Source: Patescibacteria group bacterium | GTDB taxonomy: Bacteria; Patescibacteriota; Minisyncoccia; RBG-13-40-8-A | DNA: 32,000 bases | Assembly (NCBI GenBank): GCA_022705575.1 | Contig: JAKJED010000004.1 | Coordinates: forward strand, 1-32,000 | Direction of reading: 5' to 3' | Shown: piece after piece, positions 23,184-31,233 of the stretch | Position numbering within the stretch: position 1 is the stretch's first letter | How the letters are laid out: every line of letters starts with the position of its first letter | The notes under the pieces: model-generated | Seen by the model: only the letters and a program-made list of their open reading frames with translations | What the model was told of the DNA's origin: nothing | Database searches by the model: none | Made by a program: the position numbers and the translations under genes

Positions 23184-24290
23184 TTATTGTTTTGGTGTAA
23201 ATTTTAGGATTTCGTCTCTGATTAACTCTGCGGTTTGGGGATTGTAGAAGGATTTGGCTTTTTGCGACATTTCAGACATTTTTTGCGGATTGGATAATAA
23301 GTTTGAGATTTGCTCTATTAACATATTTGGTGTTAAATTTTCTTGTTCTAAAACAATTGCATCACTTATTTTTTTGTATTCATATGCGTTCTCTTTTTGG
23401 TGGTCCTGTGCCGCGTTTGGCAATGGAATTAAAATACTTGGCTTTCCTAACGCTGCAATTTCAAATATTCCTCCTGCTCCGGCACGGTTAACAATCAAAT
23501 CCGCCAACGTATAAGCATGTTTTTGTTGTTCGGTGTTTAGAAATGGATATAAATGATATTCTGGAGACTTAATTGTGTCTTTTTCTAATTCCTTAAAATT
23601 ATTTTCTCCGCAGGCATGAATTATCTCTGTAATTTCCAATAATTTCGGTAGATTTACTGTAACGGTTTCGTTTATTTTTTGCGCTCCTTGCGACCCTCCA
23701 AGAATTAAAGTTATCGGTTTATTTATCCCGAACGTAGTCGAGGGGGTTGAAACAATATTAAACATTTTTCTGCCTTCTTCTTTATTTCCATTTAATAATT
23801 CTTGTCTGATTGGATTGCCGATTACAATAATTTTTTCTTGTTGTTTTGGTTTAAAATATTTTTTTGCATTCTCAAATGATAAAATAATTTTTTTGGCAAA
23901 TTTGGCTGTTTTTTTTGTAACTCTTCCGGGCACTGCATCGGAATCGTGAATAATAATTGGAATTCTATACAAACGCGCAGCAAATAAAACTGGAAAAGCG
24001 CCGTATCCGCCTTTAGAAAAAACAACGTCAGGAATCCAGATGAAAAGATAAAACAATGATTGAAAAAATCCAACGATTGTTTTGGTAATTTCAATTAATA
24101 TTAATGGATTGAAAAATCTGTACAATTTACCCGCCAAAATAAACCTTGTTTTAATATCTTTTAAGTTTTCTTTAATAAAATCATCAGGTCCGAGATATTG
24201 AAATTCCGGATTATTATTAAATGTTTCCTTTATGGCAGTGATGGGGAAAATGTGCCCACCCGTTCCGCCTCCAGTAAATAAAATTCTCAT
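23184..24290 (-). CDS. murG: UDP-GlcNAc:lipid I N-acetylglucosaminyltransferase MurG
   Basis: MRILFTGGGTGGHIFP, the GT28 N- and C-domains and GGSQGA. Confidence 0.9.
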   Translation of the reverse strand: MRILFTGGGTGGHIFPITAIKETFNNNPEFQYLGPDDFIKENLKDIKTRFILAGKLYRFFNPLILIEITKTIVGFFQSLFYLFIWIPDVVFSKGGYGAFPVLFAARLYRIPIIIHDSDAVPGRVTKKTAKFAKKIILSFENAKKYFKPKQQEKIIVIGNPIRQELLNGNKEEGRKMFNIVSTPSTTFGINKPITLILGGSQGAQKINETVTVNLPKLLEITEIIHACGENNFKELEKDTIKSPEYHLYPFLNTEQQKHAYTLADLIVNRAGAGGIFEIAALGKPSILIPLPNAAQDHQKENAYEYKKISDAIVLEQENLTPNMLIEQISNLLSNPQKMSEMSQKAKSFYNPQTAELIRDEILKFTPKQ

Positions 24291-24298
24291 ATGATTAA

Positions 24299-24385
24299 AT
24301 TTTCAATTTCTAATTTTCAATTTTCATTGAATGTTTCATTGATTCATTGAAAATTGATTGTAAATTGTAAATCGATAATTGTAAA
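24299..24385. repeat. The murG-ftsW spacer is composed of three consecutive short-repeat blocks
   Basis: On the + strand: (ATTTTCA/ATTTCTA) x4 in tandem at 24299-24326. TTCATTGA x3 at 24323, 24335 and 24343. ATTGTAAA x3 at 24357, 24364 and 24378. Confidence 0.8.
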
Positions 24386-25486
24386 TTAATTTGCGTGTTT
24401 AGCTATATTTACCAATATTCCCGCAGCCACAAGATTAATAATTAACGCCGAACTTCCGTAGCTTACAAATGGCAAAGGAATTCCGGTTAAAGGAATTAAT
24501 CCCGTAATCGCTCCAATATTAATCAATGTTTGAAATCCGAACCAAACAACAATTCCGCATGTCAATAATTTTCCGAAATCATTATTACTTTTTTGCGCTA
24601 TTTTAAATCCTTCTAAAATAAATAGAGCCATTAAAATTATAAAAATCAAACATCCGATAAATCCGATTTCCTCCGCCATAATTGCAAATATAGAATCACT
24701 CATTGCTTCAGGCAGATAATTATATTTTTGAATACTGTGACCCAATCCTCTGCCGGTTAATCCGCCGGAACCGATTGCTACAAGCGCTTGATTTATTTGA
24801 TAACTAATGCCTTGCGGATCAAGAGACGGATTTAAAAATGTCATTATTCTTTGTATGCGATGCGGGAAAAATTTAATTAAAGCAAGAAATCCTAAAATAT
24901 AAACAAAAGCAACAATAACAATATTCAATAATTTCGTTCCACTTAAAAAATACATTACAAAACCGATAATCGCGATTAAACTTAATGTGCCGACGTCATT
25001 TTGTAAAGCAATCAATCCTCCTGAAATAGCGATAATTGTTAAAAATGGCAAGAGCGTAGTTAATTTATTGGTTGAAGAATAATTTTTGCCGTTTTTACTG
25101 AAAAAGGCGGCCAAATATATTATTAATCCGAGTTTTAAGAGTTCTGATGGTTGAAAAGTGATTGGTCCGAGACTTAGCCATCTTTGCGCTCCTCCGTACT
25201 TCATTCCCAACGAGGGTACAAAAACCAAAACACAGAGAGTTAATGAAATGAAAAAAAATAAAAGAGAAAATTTTTTGAATATTTTATAATTTATTTTTGA
25301 AGCAATAAAGAAGCAAATTATTCCCAGTAACCCGCCATATAATAATTGGTGAAAAAAATAATAATACGGTTTTCCGGTTTGTTCTTGAGAAATTACAGTC
25401 GAAGCATTAAAAAGTATTCCTAATCCGAAAATTAATAAAAAGAAAATTAATATAATTAATCTTTTGTGCGACTTTTTTTTCTTCAT
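24386..25486 (-). CDS. ftsW: SEDS-family peptidoglycan glycosyltransferase FtsW/RodA
   Basis: 10-TM profile, with RWLSLGPITFQPSEL, SDSIFAIMAEE and LIPLTGIPLPFVSYGSS blocks. It sits between the mraY region and murG. Confidence 0.85.
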   Translation of the reverse strand: MKKKKSHKRLIILIFFLLIFGLGILFNASTVISQEQTGKPYYYFFHQLLYGGLLGIICFFIASKINYKIFKKFSLLFFFISLTLCVLVFVPSLGMKYGGAQRWLSLGPITFQPSELLKLGLIIYLAAFFSKNGKNYSSTNKLTTLLPFLTIIAISGGLIALQNDVGTLSLIAIIGFVMYFLSGTKLLNIVIVAFVYILGFLALIKFFPHRIQRIMTFLNPSLDPQGISYQINQALVAIGSGGLTGRGLGHSIQKYNYLPEAMSDSIFAIMAEEIGFIGCLIFIILMALFILEGFKIAQKSNNDFGKLLTCGIVVWFGFQTLINIGAITGLIPLTGIPLPFVSYGSSALIINLVAAGILVNIAKHAN

Positions 25487-27057
25487 ATTCTTTTTAAAAC
25501 CTGTCCTGTTTTTTTTCCGGTAATTTGTTCGTTTTCAACAGCCAATTCGCCGTTAACGATAACATATTTTATTCCCGTTGGAAATTGATAAGGATTTTCA
25601 AATGTTCCTTTGTCTGAAATTTCATTCGGATTGATTAATACTAAATCTGCCCAATAGTCTTTTTTAATCAGTCCCCTGTTTTTTAATCCGATTTTTTTTG
25701 CCGGACCATGGGTTATTTTATAAATTGCTTCTTCCCAGCTAAGTAAATGTTCTTTTTCAACATATTTACTTAAAAATCTCGGAAAAGCGCCAAAACACCT
25801 AGGATGTACCAAGTCATTTTTTTTCCGATAATAATCAATGTTGTAACCAGCACTATCGGATGCGACAAAACTTAATTTATGAGTTAATCCGGCTTTAATA
25901 TTTTCTTCGCTTAAAGTATTCAAAAAAATATTAACTCTTCCCTCTGAAATTAAGAGTAAATTAATAATTGCTTCTTCTACACTTACTTCTTGCGCTTTGG
26001 CGATCTCTGTAATTTTTTTTCCAATAAAAGCACGGTTGATTGGTGATGTGGCAATGGTTATATTGCCGTATTCATAAGATTTTTTTTCTTGCATTTCTCT
26101 AATAACTTTTTCTTTGATTGAGGCATCTCTTAATCTTTTTAATAATTGTGTTTTTCCTCCCTCGGCGACCCAATCGGGCAAAAGAATATATAGGACCGAA
26201 CCAGTCACTGTATAAGGATAAACATCAAAATTAATATTGGCTTTGGTTTTTTCAATCATTTCAATTGCTTTTTTCATGTTTGGCCAGTGATTTTCACCCA
26301 TTGCTTTTAAATGTGAGATTTCGGTATTTACTCCGGTTTTTTTGGCAATTTCAATTGTTTCTTCTATCGCTGGAATTAGTTCTTCTGCTTCGCCTCTGAT
26401 ATGGCTTGTGTAAAGTCCGTTAAAGGCTTTTACTGTTTTTGCCAGTTCAATTATTTCTTTAGTTGTTGACATTTTGGCATGACTATAAGCTAATCCTGTA
26501 GAAAATCCAAATGCACCTTGTTTCATTGCGGTTTTTAACATCTCTATGATTATTTTCAATTCTTTTGGTTTGAGTTCTCTGAATTCGTCTTTTATCAATC
26601 CTCTTCTTAATGTTGAATGTCCAACCAAACTAGCGAAATTAACTCCAATTTTTATTTTCTTTAATGAATCTATAAATTCTTGAAATGTTAGCCAGTTTAA
26701 ATTTATTTGTTCCGGATCAGTCCATTTTTGTATGGCCTTTAATCCATCTTCAGAGATTAAAGGAGCCAAAGATGAACCACAATTTCCTCCCAAAATTGTG
26801 GTTATTCCTTGGCGCAATAAACTATCTTGATTAGAAATTGTAAAAAGGGTTAAAAATGTGTCAGAATGATTATTCAAATCAATAAATCCGGGAGTTAAAT
26901 ACATATCTTTAGCAAAAATAACCTTTTTGCCCTTTTTGGCATTAATGTTTTTATCGATTTTATCTATTTTGCCATCACATATTCCGACATCAGCTCGATA
27001 TTTGGCACTATTGCTTCCATCAATTATAATTGCATCTTTTATTAAAATGTCATACAT
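25483..27057 (-). CDS. Amidohydrolase-superfamily protein, N-acyl-D-amino-acid deacylase (D-aminoacylase) family
   Basis: DILIKDAIIIDG..PGFIDLNNHSD, GGNCGSS, YTSHIRGE, ISHLKA, VASDSAG, HPRCFGAFPRFL and WADLVLINP follow the family block order. A 4-nt overlap (ATGA) links it to the ftsW start. Confidence 0.75.
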   Translation of the reverse strand: MYDILIKDAIIIDGSNSAKYRADVGICDGKIDKIDKNINAKKGKKVIFAKDMYLTPGFIDLNNHSDTFLTLFTISNQDSLLRQGITTILGGNCGSSLAPLISEDGLKAIQKWTDPEQINLNWLTFQEFIDSLKKIKIGVNFASLVGHSTLRRGLIKDEFRELKPKELKIIIEMLKTAMKQGAFGFSTGLAYSHAKMSTTKEIIELAKTVKAFNGLYTSHIRGEAEELIPAIEETIEIAKKTGVNTEISHLKAMGENHWPNMKKAIEMIEKTKANINFDVYPYTVTGSVLYILLPDWVAEGGKTQLLKRLRDASIKEKVIREMQEKKSYEYGNITIATSPINRAFIGKKITEIAKAQEVSVEEAIINLLLISEGRVNIFLNTLSEENIKAGLTHKLSFVASDSAGYNIDYYRKKNDLVHPRCFGAFPRFLSKYVEKEHLLSWEEAIYKITHGPAKKIGLKNRGLIKKDYWADLVLINPNEISDKGTFENPYQFPTGIKYVIVNGELAVENEQITGKKTGQVLKRI

Positions 27058-27069
27058 ACAATAATTATT

Positions 27070-27103
27070 CGAATGATACGAATCTGTGTCCGAATCAACG
27101 AAT
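27070..27103. repeat. Four CGAAT (ATTCG in gene sense) pentamers in the 49-bp mraY-amidohydrolase spacer
   Basis: CGAAT occurs at 27070, 27079, 27091 and 27099, at spacings of 9, 12 and 8. Confidence 0.6.
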
Positions 27104-27106
27104 ATT

Positions 27107-28189
27107 TTATTTTATTAAATTAGAATCAATAAAAAATAAAATTAAACCGATAACAGTCATTACTCCGGAAATAATCCAAAAACGCATTGTAACTTTCGTT
27201 TCTGGCCATCCTTTTGCTTCAAAGTGGTGGTGAATCGGTGTTGATAAAAATATTTTTTTATGGCGGATTTTTTTAGAAATAACTTGTACAATAACGGATA
27301 GCGATTCAATTAACAGAATAAATCCAATTAATGGTAGAAAAAATAAAGTATTAGTAAGCATAGCAATAACTCCCAGCGTAATTCCTAATGCCATAACGCC
27401 AGTATCGCCCATAAAAAATCTGGCAGGATGAATGTTGAACCAAAGAAACGCTAAAAGCGCTCCTACGATTGCTCCGCATAAAGTCGCCAATTCTATTCTT
27501 CCTTGTTGAAAACAAATAACTCCATAAGCAGCGAATGCAGATAAAAGAACTCCTCCGGATAAACCATCTAATCCATCAGTCTCGTTAGCAGAAAACGCAG
27601 ATGCTACAATGGCAAAAATGAAAATTGGAATATACCAAATCCCGATATTAAAATCTCCAATAAAGGGAATATGCAATAAATCCCAATCAAGTTTGAAATA
27701 AAACCAATAAGCAGCAACGCAAGCAATTGCCGTATAAACAATAATTCGTTCGCGCATTAACAGTCCTTTTCCGGTTTTGCCCATTCTGCTTATGCCCATA
27801 AAATCATCAATTAAGCCGATTAATGCGGCAAAAAACATAACTCCCAAAGGTAATAAAGTTTGTTTTCTGCTTAAAAAATTGTAATCCGAAAAAATAGTAT
27901 CTGGTCCGAAAATTTTAGTTAAAATTAGAATAATAATTGCAAGTCCGATAACTGTAACCCAAATTAAAATTCCTCCCATTGTCGGAGTGTTTTCTTTTTT
28001 TTTGTGCAATGCGGTAAAAACCGGAGTCGTGCCTTCGTCCCTGATCCCTTTGCCTAGTTTGTATTTATACAAGAAATGAGTAAGAATCGGAGTTGAAAAA
28101 AGCGCAATTACAAAAGCAACTGCGGCGATGATTAAAATTTTTATTATTGGAAAAATATCTACTTCCATATCCATGCAGTTTGCGTCCAA
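27107..28189 (-). CDS. mraY: Phospho-N-acetylmuramoyl-pentapeptide transferase MraY
   Basis: GTPTMGG-type block (TPTMGGILIW), NETDGLDGLSGG, FMGDTG and PIHHHFE. The true start may be the ATG at 28174 or 28168, since the track start overlaps the upstream gene by 31 nt. Confidence 0.9.
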   Translation of the reverse strand: MDANCMDMEVDIFPIIKILIIAAVAFVIALFSTPILTHFLYKYKLGKGIRDEGTTPVFTALHKKKENTPTMGGILIWVTVIGLAIIILILTKIFGPDTIFSDYNFLSRKQTLLPLGVMFFAALIGLIDDFMGISRMGKTGKGLLMRERIIVYTAIACVAAYWFYFKLDWDLLHIPFIGDFNIGIWYIPIFIFAIVASAFSANETDGLDGLSGGVLLSAFAAYGVICFQQGRIELATLCGAIVGALLAFLWFNIHPARFFMGDTGVMALGITLGVIAMLTNTLFFLPLIGFILLIESLSVIVQVISKKIRHKKIFLSTPIHHHFEAKGWPETKVTMRFWIISGVMTVIGLILFFIDSNLIK

Positions 28190-29109
28190 TCAATGAGTTT
28201 TTCGGTGTCATTTTCTCTTTGAGTTGAACCCAAAATTACTGTAATTAAATAATTATTATCTATGATATTTGAAATCGTCATTAAACATCCGCCAGCCTCT
28301 TCGGTGTATCCTGTTTTACCGCCGATTAATTGAGGAATTTTTCCCAACAATTTATTGGTGTTAGTAATTTTATGAATAATATTTTTATTTATAGAATAAA
28401 CTGTGGCTTCGGATGTTTTTAAAATTTCCGCGAGCAAAGGAGAATTGAAAGCATATTCGGCAATAACCGCTATTTCAGAAACGGTTGATTGATTATAAGA
28501 GTCAAGGCCAACCGGTTCTTTAAATGTTGTGTTGAATAATCCTAATTCTTTTGCCTTATCGTTCATCAGTGTAATAAAATTTTCATAGGACATTTTTGGA
28601 TTGTCTTGAGCCAATGACATTGCCGCATCATTTGAAGATTCAACAAGCATAATGTACAATAGATCCTTAATTTTTAATTCTTCTTCGGCAATCAGTCCCC
28701 CGCTGTTTCCATCTATAAGCACTGAATTTTCAGAAACTTTAATGATTTGTTCCGAATCATAGTTTTCGATTACTACGATTGCGGTCATTAGTTTTGTTAA
28801 ACTGGCAACAGGCAGTATTTTTCCGGTATTTTTTTGATATAAAATACTGTTTTTTTTGTCGTTTTTGAAATTTAAGACTATTGCCGATTTGGCGGAAATT
28901 TCCGGTTCATTTATTGCCCAATTTCGAATAGGTAAAAAACTATTTTCAATGTTATTAGCAATGGGAAGTTGAGAAATAATTTTATCTCCTTGTGTTTGAT
29001 TGAGATTCGCCTGCATCGGCTGGTTATTTTTTTCAATCAATAGTAAAACCCACGCAATTGCGATTAATAGTAAAATTATCAATATTTGCAGATAATATTT
29101 TTTCAGCAT
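28159..29109 (-). CDS. D-alanyl-D-alanine carboxypeptidase (S11, PBP5/6-like) with an N-terminal TM anchor
   Basis: SxxK (ASLTKLMTA), SxN (ESSNDAA) and KTG (GKTGYT) motifs in the correct order. The ATG abuts the aspS stop (TAAATG). Confidence 0.85.
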   Translation of the reverse strand: MLKKYYLQILIILLLIAIAWVLLLIEKNNQPMQANLNQTQGDKIISQLPIANNIENSFLPIRNWAINEPEISAKSAIVLNFKNDKKNSILYQKNTGKILPVASLTKLMTAIVVIENYDSEQIIKVSENSVLIDGNSGGLIAEEELKIKDLLYIMLVESSNDAAMSLAQDNPKMSYENFITLMNDKAKELGLFNTTFKEPVGLDSYNQSTVSEIAVIAEYAFNSPLLAEILKTSEATVYSINKNIIHKITNTNKLLGKIPQLIGGKTGYTEEAGGCLMTISNIIDNNYLITVILGSTQRENDTEKLIDWTQTAWIWK

Positions 29110-30519
29110 TTATTTTTTAGTCTTTTTTTCCGCAAACTTTATACCTAATTCTTTAAGTTGTTCTTTGTCAATTTTGCTTGGCGAATTCATCATCAAATCT
29201 CTGCCGTCTCCTGCTTTGGGAAACGCAATCACCTCGCGAATGCTTGGTTCGTTATTTAAAATCATAATCAAACGGTCAATTCCTATGGCAATTCCTCCGT
29301 GTGGAGGTACGCCATAACTGAATGCTTCAAGCATATGTCCGAATTTTTCAATAACATCTTCGGTTTTATTACCCATTAATTCAAATATTGCTTGTAATAT
29401 TTTCGGATTATGTTCTCTGATTGACCCTCCGCCAATTTCATATCCATTACACACAAAGTCATATTGATGCGCTAAAATTGTTGCCTGATTTTTGTTTAAA
29501 TGTTTAATAAATTCTTTTTCGGGCAAATTATCGGGATTTTGCGCTTTAGTAAATGGATGATGGGTTGCGTCCCAACGTTTTTCAGTTTCTTTCCATTCAA
29601 ATGCCGGAAAATCAATAACAAATCCAAATGCTAATTCATTTTTATTGTTTTTATCTTTTCTTAAATCCGGTTTATCGGAATTATATTTTTCCATTGCTTC
29701 TTTGTGGGTTAAGCGCGGAAATGGAATTTGCGAAATATGTTTTTCCGGGCAAATTTTAGCAACCATTTCAATGGTCATTTTTTCCATTAAATCTAAAATT
29801 TCATTTTGGGTTGGAAAACTCATTTCAACATCAAGCTGGGTAAATTCCGGTTGTCTGTCTCCTCGTGCATTTTCATCCCTGAAACATCGTGCAATTTGAA
29901 AATATTTTTCTATTCCACCCACCATTAATAATTGTTTGTATTGTTGCGGTGATTGCGGAAGTGCATAAAAAGTTTTGTGCCATAATCTTGACGGCACAAC
30001 ATAATCACGCGCTCCTTCAGGAGTTGATTTGGTTAAAATTGGTGTTTCTATTTCTAAAAATTCTTTATCGGACAAAAAATTTCTGATAAATTGAATAACA
30101 TTATGTCTCAAAATTAAATTATTTTTTACTCTTTCTCTGCGGACATCAAGATATCTGTATTTTAAGCGAAGTTCTTCATTAATTTCATAGCCGTTAGTGT
30201 CAACAGCAAATGGAGGTGTTTCTGCTTTATTGATGATTTCTAGTTTTTTCGCCTGCATTTCCACTGTTCCTGTGGGAATATTTTTATTTACCATTTTTTC
30301 CGGTCGGGCATTAATTGTTCCTTCAATTGCAATAACCCATTCATTTCTTAACTCTTTAGCAATTTCAGCGTCGGCAAATACAACTTGCAAAACTCCTGAT
30401 CTGTCGCGTAAATCAATAAAAATAATCTTGCCGTGGTCTCGGCGATTATGCACCCATCCGGCAACTTTTATTTTCTCCCCTATTTTATTTATTGTTTCAT
30501 TAATATTAGTCCGTTCCAT
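29110..30519 (-). CDS. aspS: Aspartate--tRNA ligase, bacterial-type sequence but lacking the GAD insertion domain (469 aa)
   Basis: [15 protein letters not shown] (OB fold), [45 protein letters not shown] (motif 2) and GGGSIR...GIAIGIDR (motif 3). [21 protein letters not shown] runs almost directly into VIDFPAFEW. Confidence 0.9.
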   Translation of the reverse strand: MERTNINETINKIGEKIKVAGWVHNRRDHGKIIFIDLRDRSGVLQVVFADAEIAKELRNEWVIAIEGTINARPEKMVNKNIPTGTVEMQAKKLEIINKAETPPFAVDTNGYEINEELRLKYRYLDVRRERVKNNLILRHNVIQFIRNFLSDKEFLEIETPILTKSTPEGARDYVVPSRLWHKTFYALPQSPQQYKQLLMVGGIEKYFQIARCFRDENARGDRQPEFTQLDVEMSFPTQNEILDLMEKMTIEMVAKICPEKHISQIPFPRLTHKEAMEKYNSDKPDLRKDKNNKNELAFGFVIDFPAFEWKETEKRWDATHHPFTKAQNPDNLPEKEFIKHLNKNQATILAHQYDFVCNGYEIGGGSIREHNPKILQAIFELMGNKTEDVIEKFGHMLEAFSYGVPPHGGIAIGIDRLIMILNNEPSIREVIAFPKAGDGRDLMMNSPSKIDKEQLKELGIKFAEKKTKK

Positions 30520-30560
30520 GCCCCGTAGTAGATTTCTTATTAATTAAAATTAATATTGCC

Positions 30561-30592
30561 GCTCCGCAGCAGTGAGAAATTCACTACGGAGC
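30561..30592 (-). promoter_or_regulatory. Two-stem hairpin in the putative aspS 5' leader
   Basis: GCTCCG (30561-66) pairs with CGGAGC (30587-92). AGTGA (30571-75) pairs with TCACT (30581-85). One arm can alternatively pair with ACTACGG/CCGTAGT at 30523-30529, just upstream of the ATG. Confidence 0.4.
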
Positions 30593-30619
30593 ACATCTTT
30601 TATTTTATCATAAATATTT

Positions 30620-30654
30620 AAAAAATAAAATAAAATCCCCCGCAACTGCGGGGG
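30620..30654 (-). terminator. Strong rho-independent terminator of greA
   Basis: CCCCCGC (30637-43) pairs with GCGGGGG (30648-54) across a 4-nt loop, starting 3 nt after the greA stop. ATTTTATTTTATTTTTT follows on the minus strand. Confidence 0.85.
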
Positions 30655-30657
30655 TTT

Positions 30658-31107
30658 TTATTCAATGCTTAAAATTTTATAATGAATTTTACCGTTTGGG
30701 GTTTGGACAATTGCTTCATCTCCCTTTTTTTTACCTAAGAATGCCCTACCCAATGGCGATTCATTTGATATCATTCCTTGCGAAGGATTAGCCTCTTCCG
30801 ACCCCACCAGCACAAATTCTTTTTTGGTTTCGCTGTTTTTTATAACAATTCTGCATCCGACTTCAACTTTATCGTATTTGTGTTTTTTGTTAACAATAAC
30901 TGCTTCGTTTAATAATTGTTCAATTTCTCTTATTTTTCCTTCATTGAATGCTTGCGCTTCTTTCGCTTCTGTATATTCGGCACTTTCTGAAATATCTCCT
31001 CTTTCTTGGGCTTCTTTGATTTGTTTGGAAATTTCTTTTTTATTTTCTTTTAATTCCTTCAGTGTTTCATGAAGTTCTTTGAATTTTTCTTGGCTGATAT
31101 ATTTCAT
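30658..31107 (-). CDS. greA: Transcription elongation factor GreA
   Basis: N-terminal coiled coil (EKFKELHETLKELKE...AQERGDISESAEYTEAKEAQ) and a C-terminal FKBP-like domain (ISNESPLGRAFLGKKKGDE). The start is placed at the ATG at 31107 (MKYISQEKF), because the track extension to 31152 runs through a leader hairpin. Confidence 0.85.
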   Translation of the reverse strand: MKYISQEKFKELHETLKELKENKKEISKQIKEAQERGDISESAEYTEAKEAQAFNEGKIREIEQLLNEAVIVNKKHKYDKVEVGCRIVIKNSETKKEFVLVGSEEANPSQGMISNESPLGRAFLGKKKGDEAIVQTPNGKIHYKILSIE

Positions 31108-31120
31108 GATATTTATAAAA

Positions 31121-31148
31121 CTGCAAAGCCATTCGAAATGGCGTGCAG
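31121..31148 (-). promoter_or_regulatory. Terminator-like hairpin in the greA 5' leader
   Basis: The minus strand reads CUGCA-c-GCCAUU-ucg-AAUGGC-uu-UGCAG, followed by UUUUAUAAAUAUC-AUG. That is 11 bp in total. Confidence 0.5.
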
Positions 31149-31176
31149 ACATTAATAATTTTTTTATTATTATTTA

Positions 31177-31204
31177 ATAATACCGTAAATAAAACCTTTG
31201 TCAA
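31177..31204 (-). promoter_or_regulatory. Sigma70-like promoter for greA (TTGACA-N16-TATTAT)
   Basis: On the minus strand, TTGACA is at 31204-31199 and TATTAT at 31182-31177, 16 nt apart. It lies in the 126-bp gap after the PBP stop. Confidence 0.5.
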
Positions 31205-31233
31205 TCTTTTCAAATGTGTTTGAGAGCAAAATT

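Noticed and set aside
24299-24385. Short repeat arrays (24299-24385, 27070-27103, 9815-9870, 21531-21560) considered as CRISPR arrays or transposon ends.
   Set aside because: The units are only 5-8 nt, there are no unique spacers of 25-40 nt and no terminal inverted repeats bracketing a gene. They are treated as simple-sequence repeats instead.
30520-30632. T-box riboswitch upstream of aspS.
   Set aside because: The leader is only about 100 nt and lacks a recognisable T-box sequence, specifier-loop architecture or terminator/antiterminator pair. Only a simple hairpin with an alternative pairing is visible.
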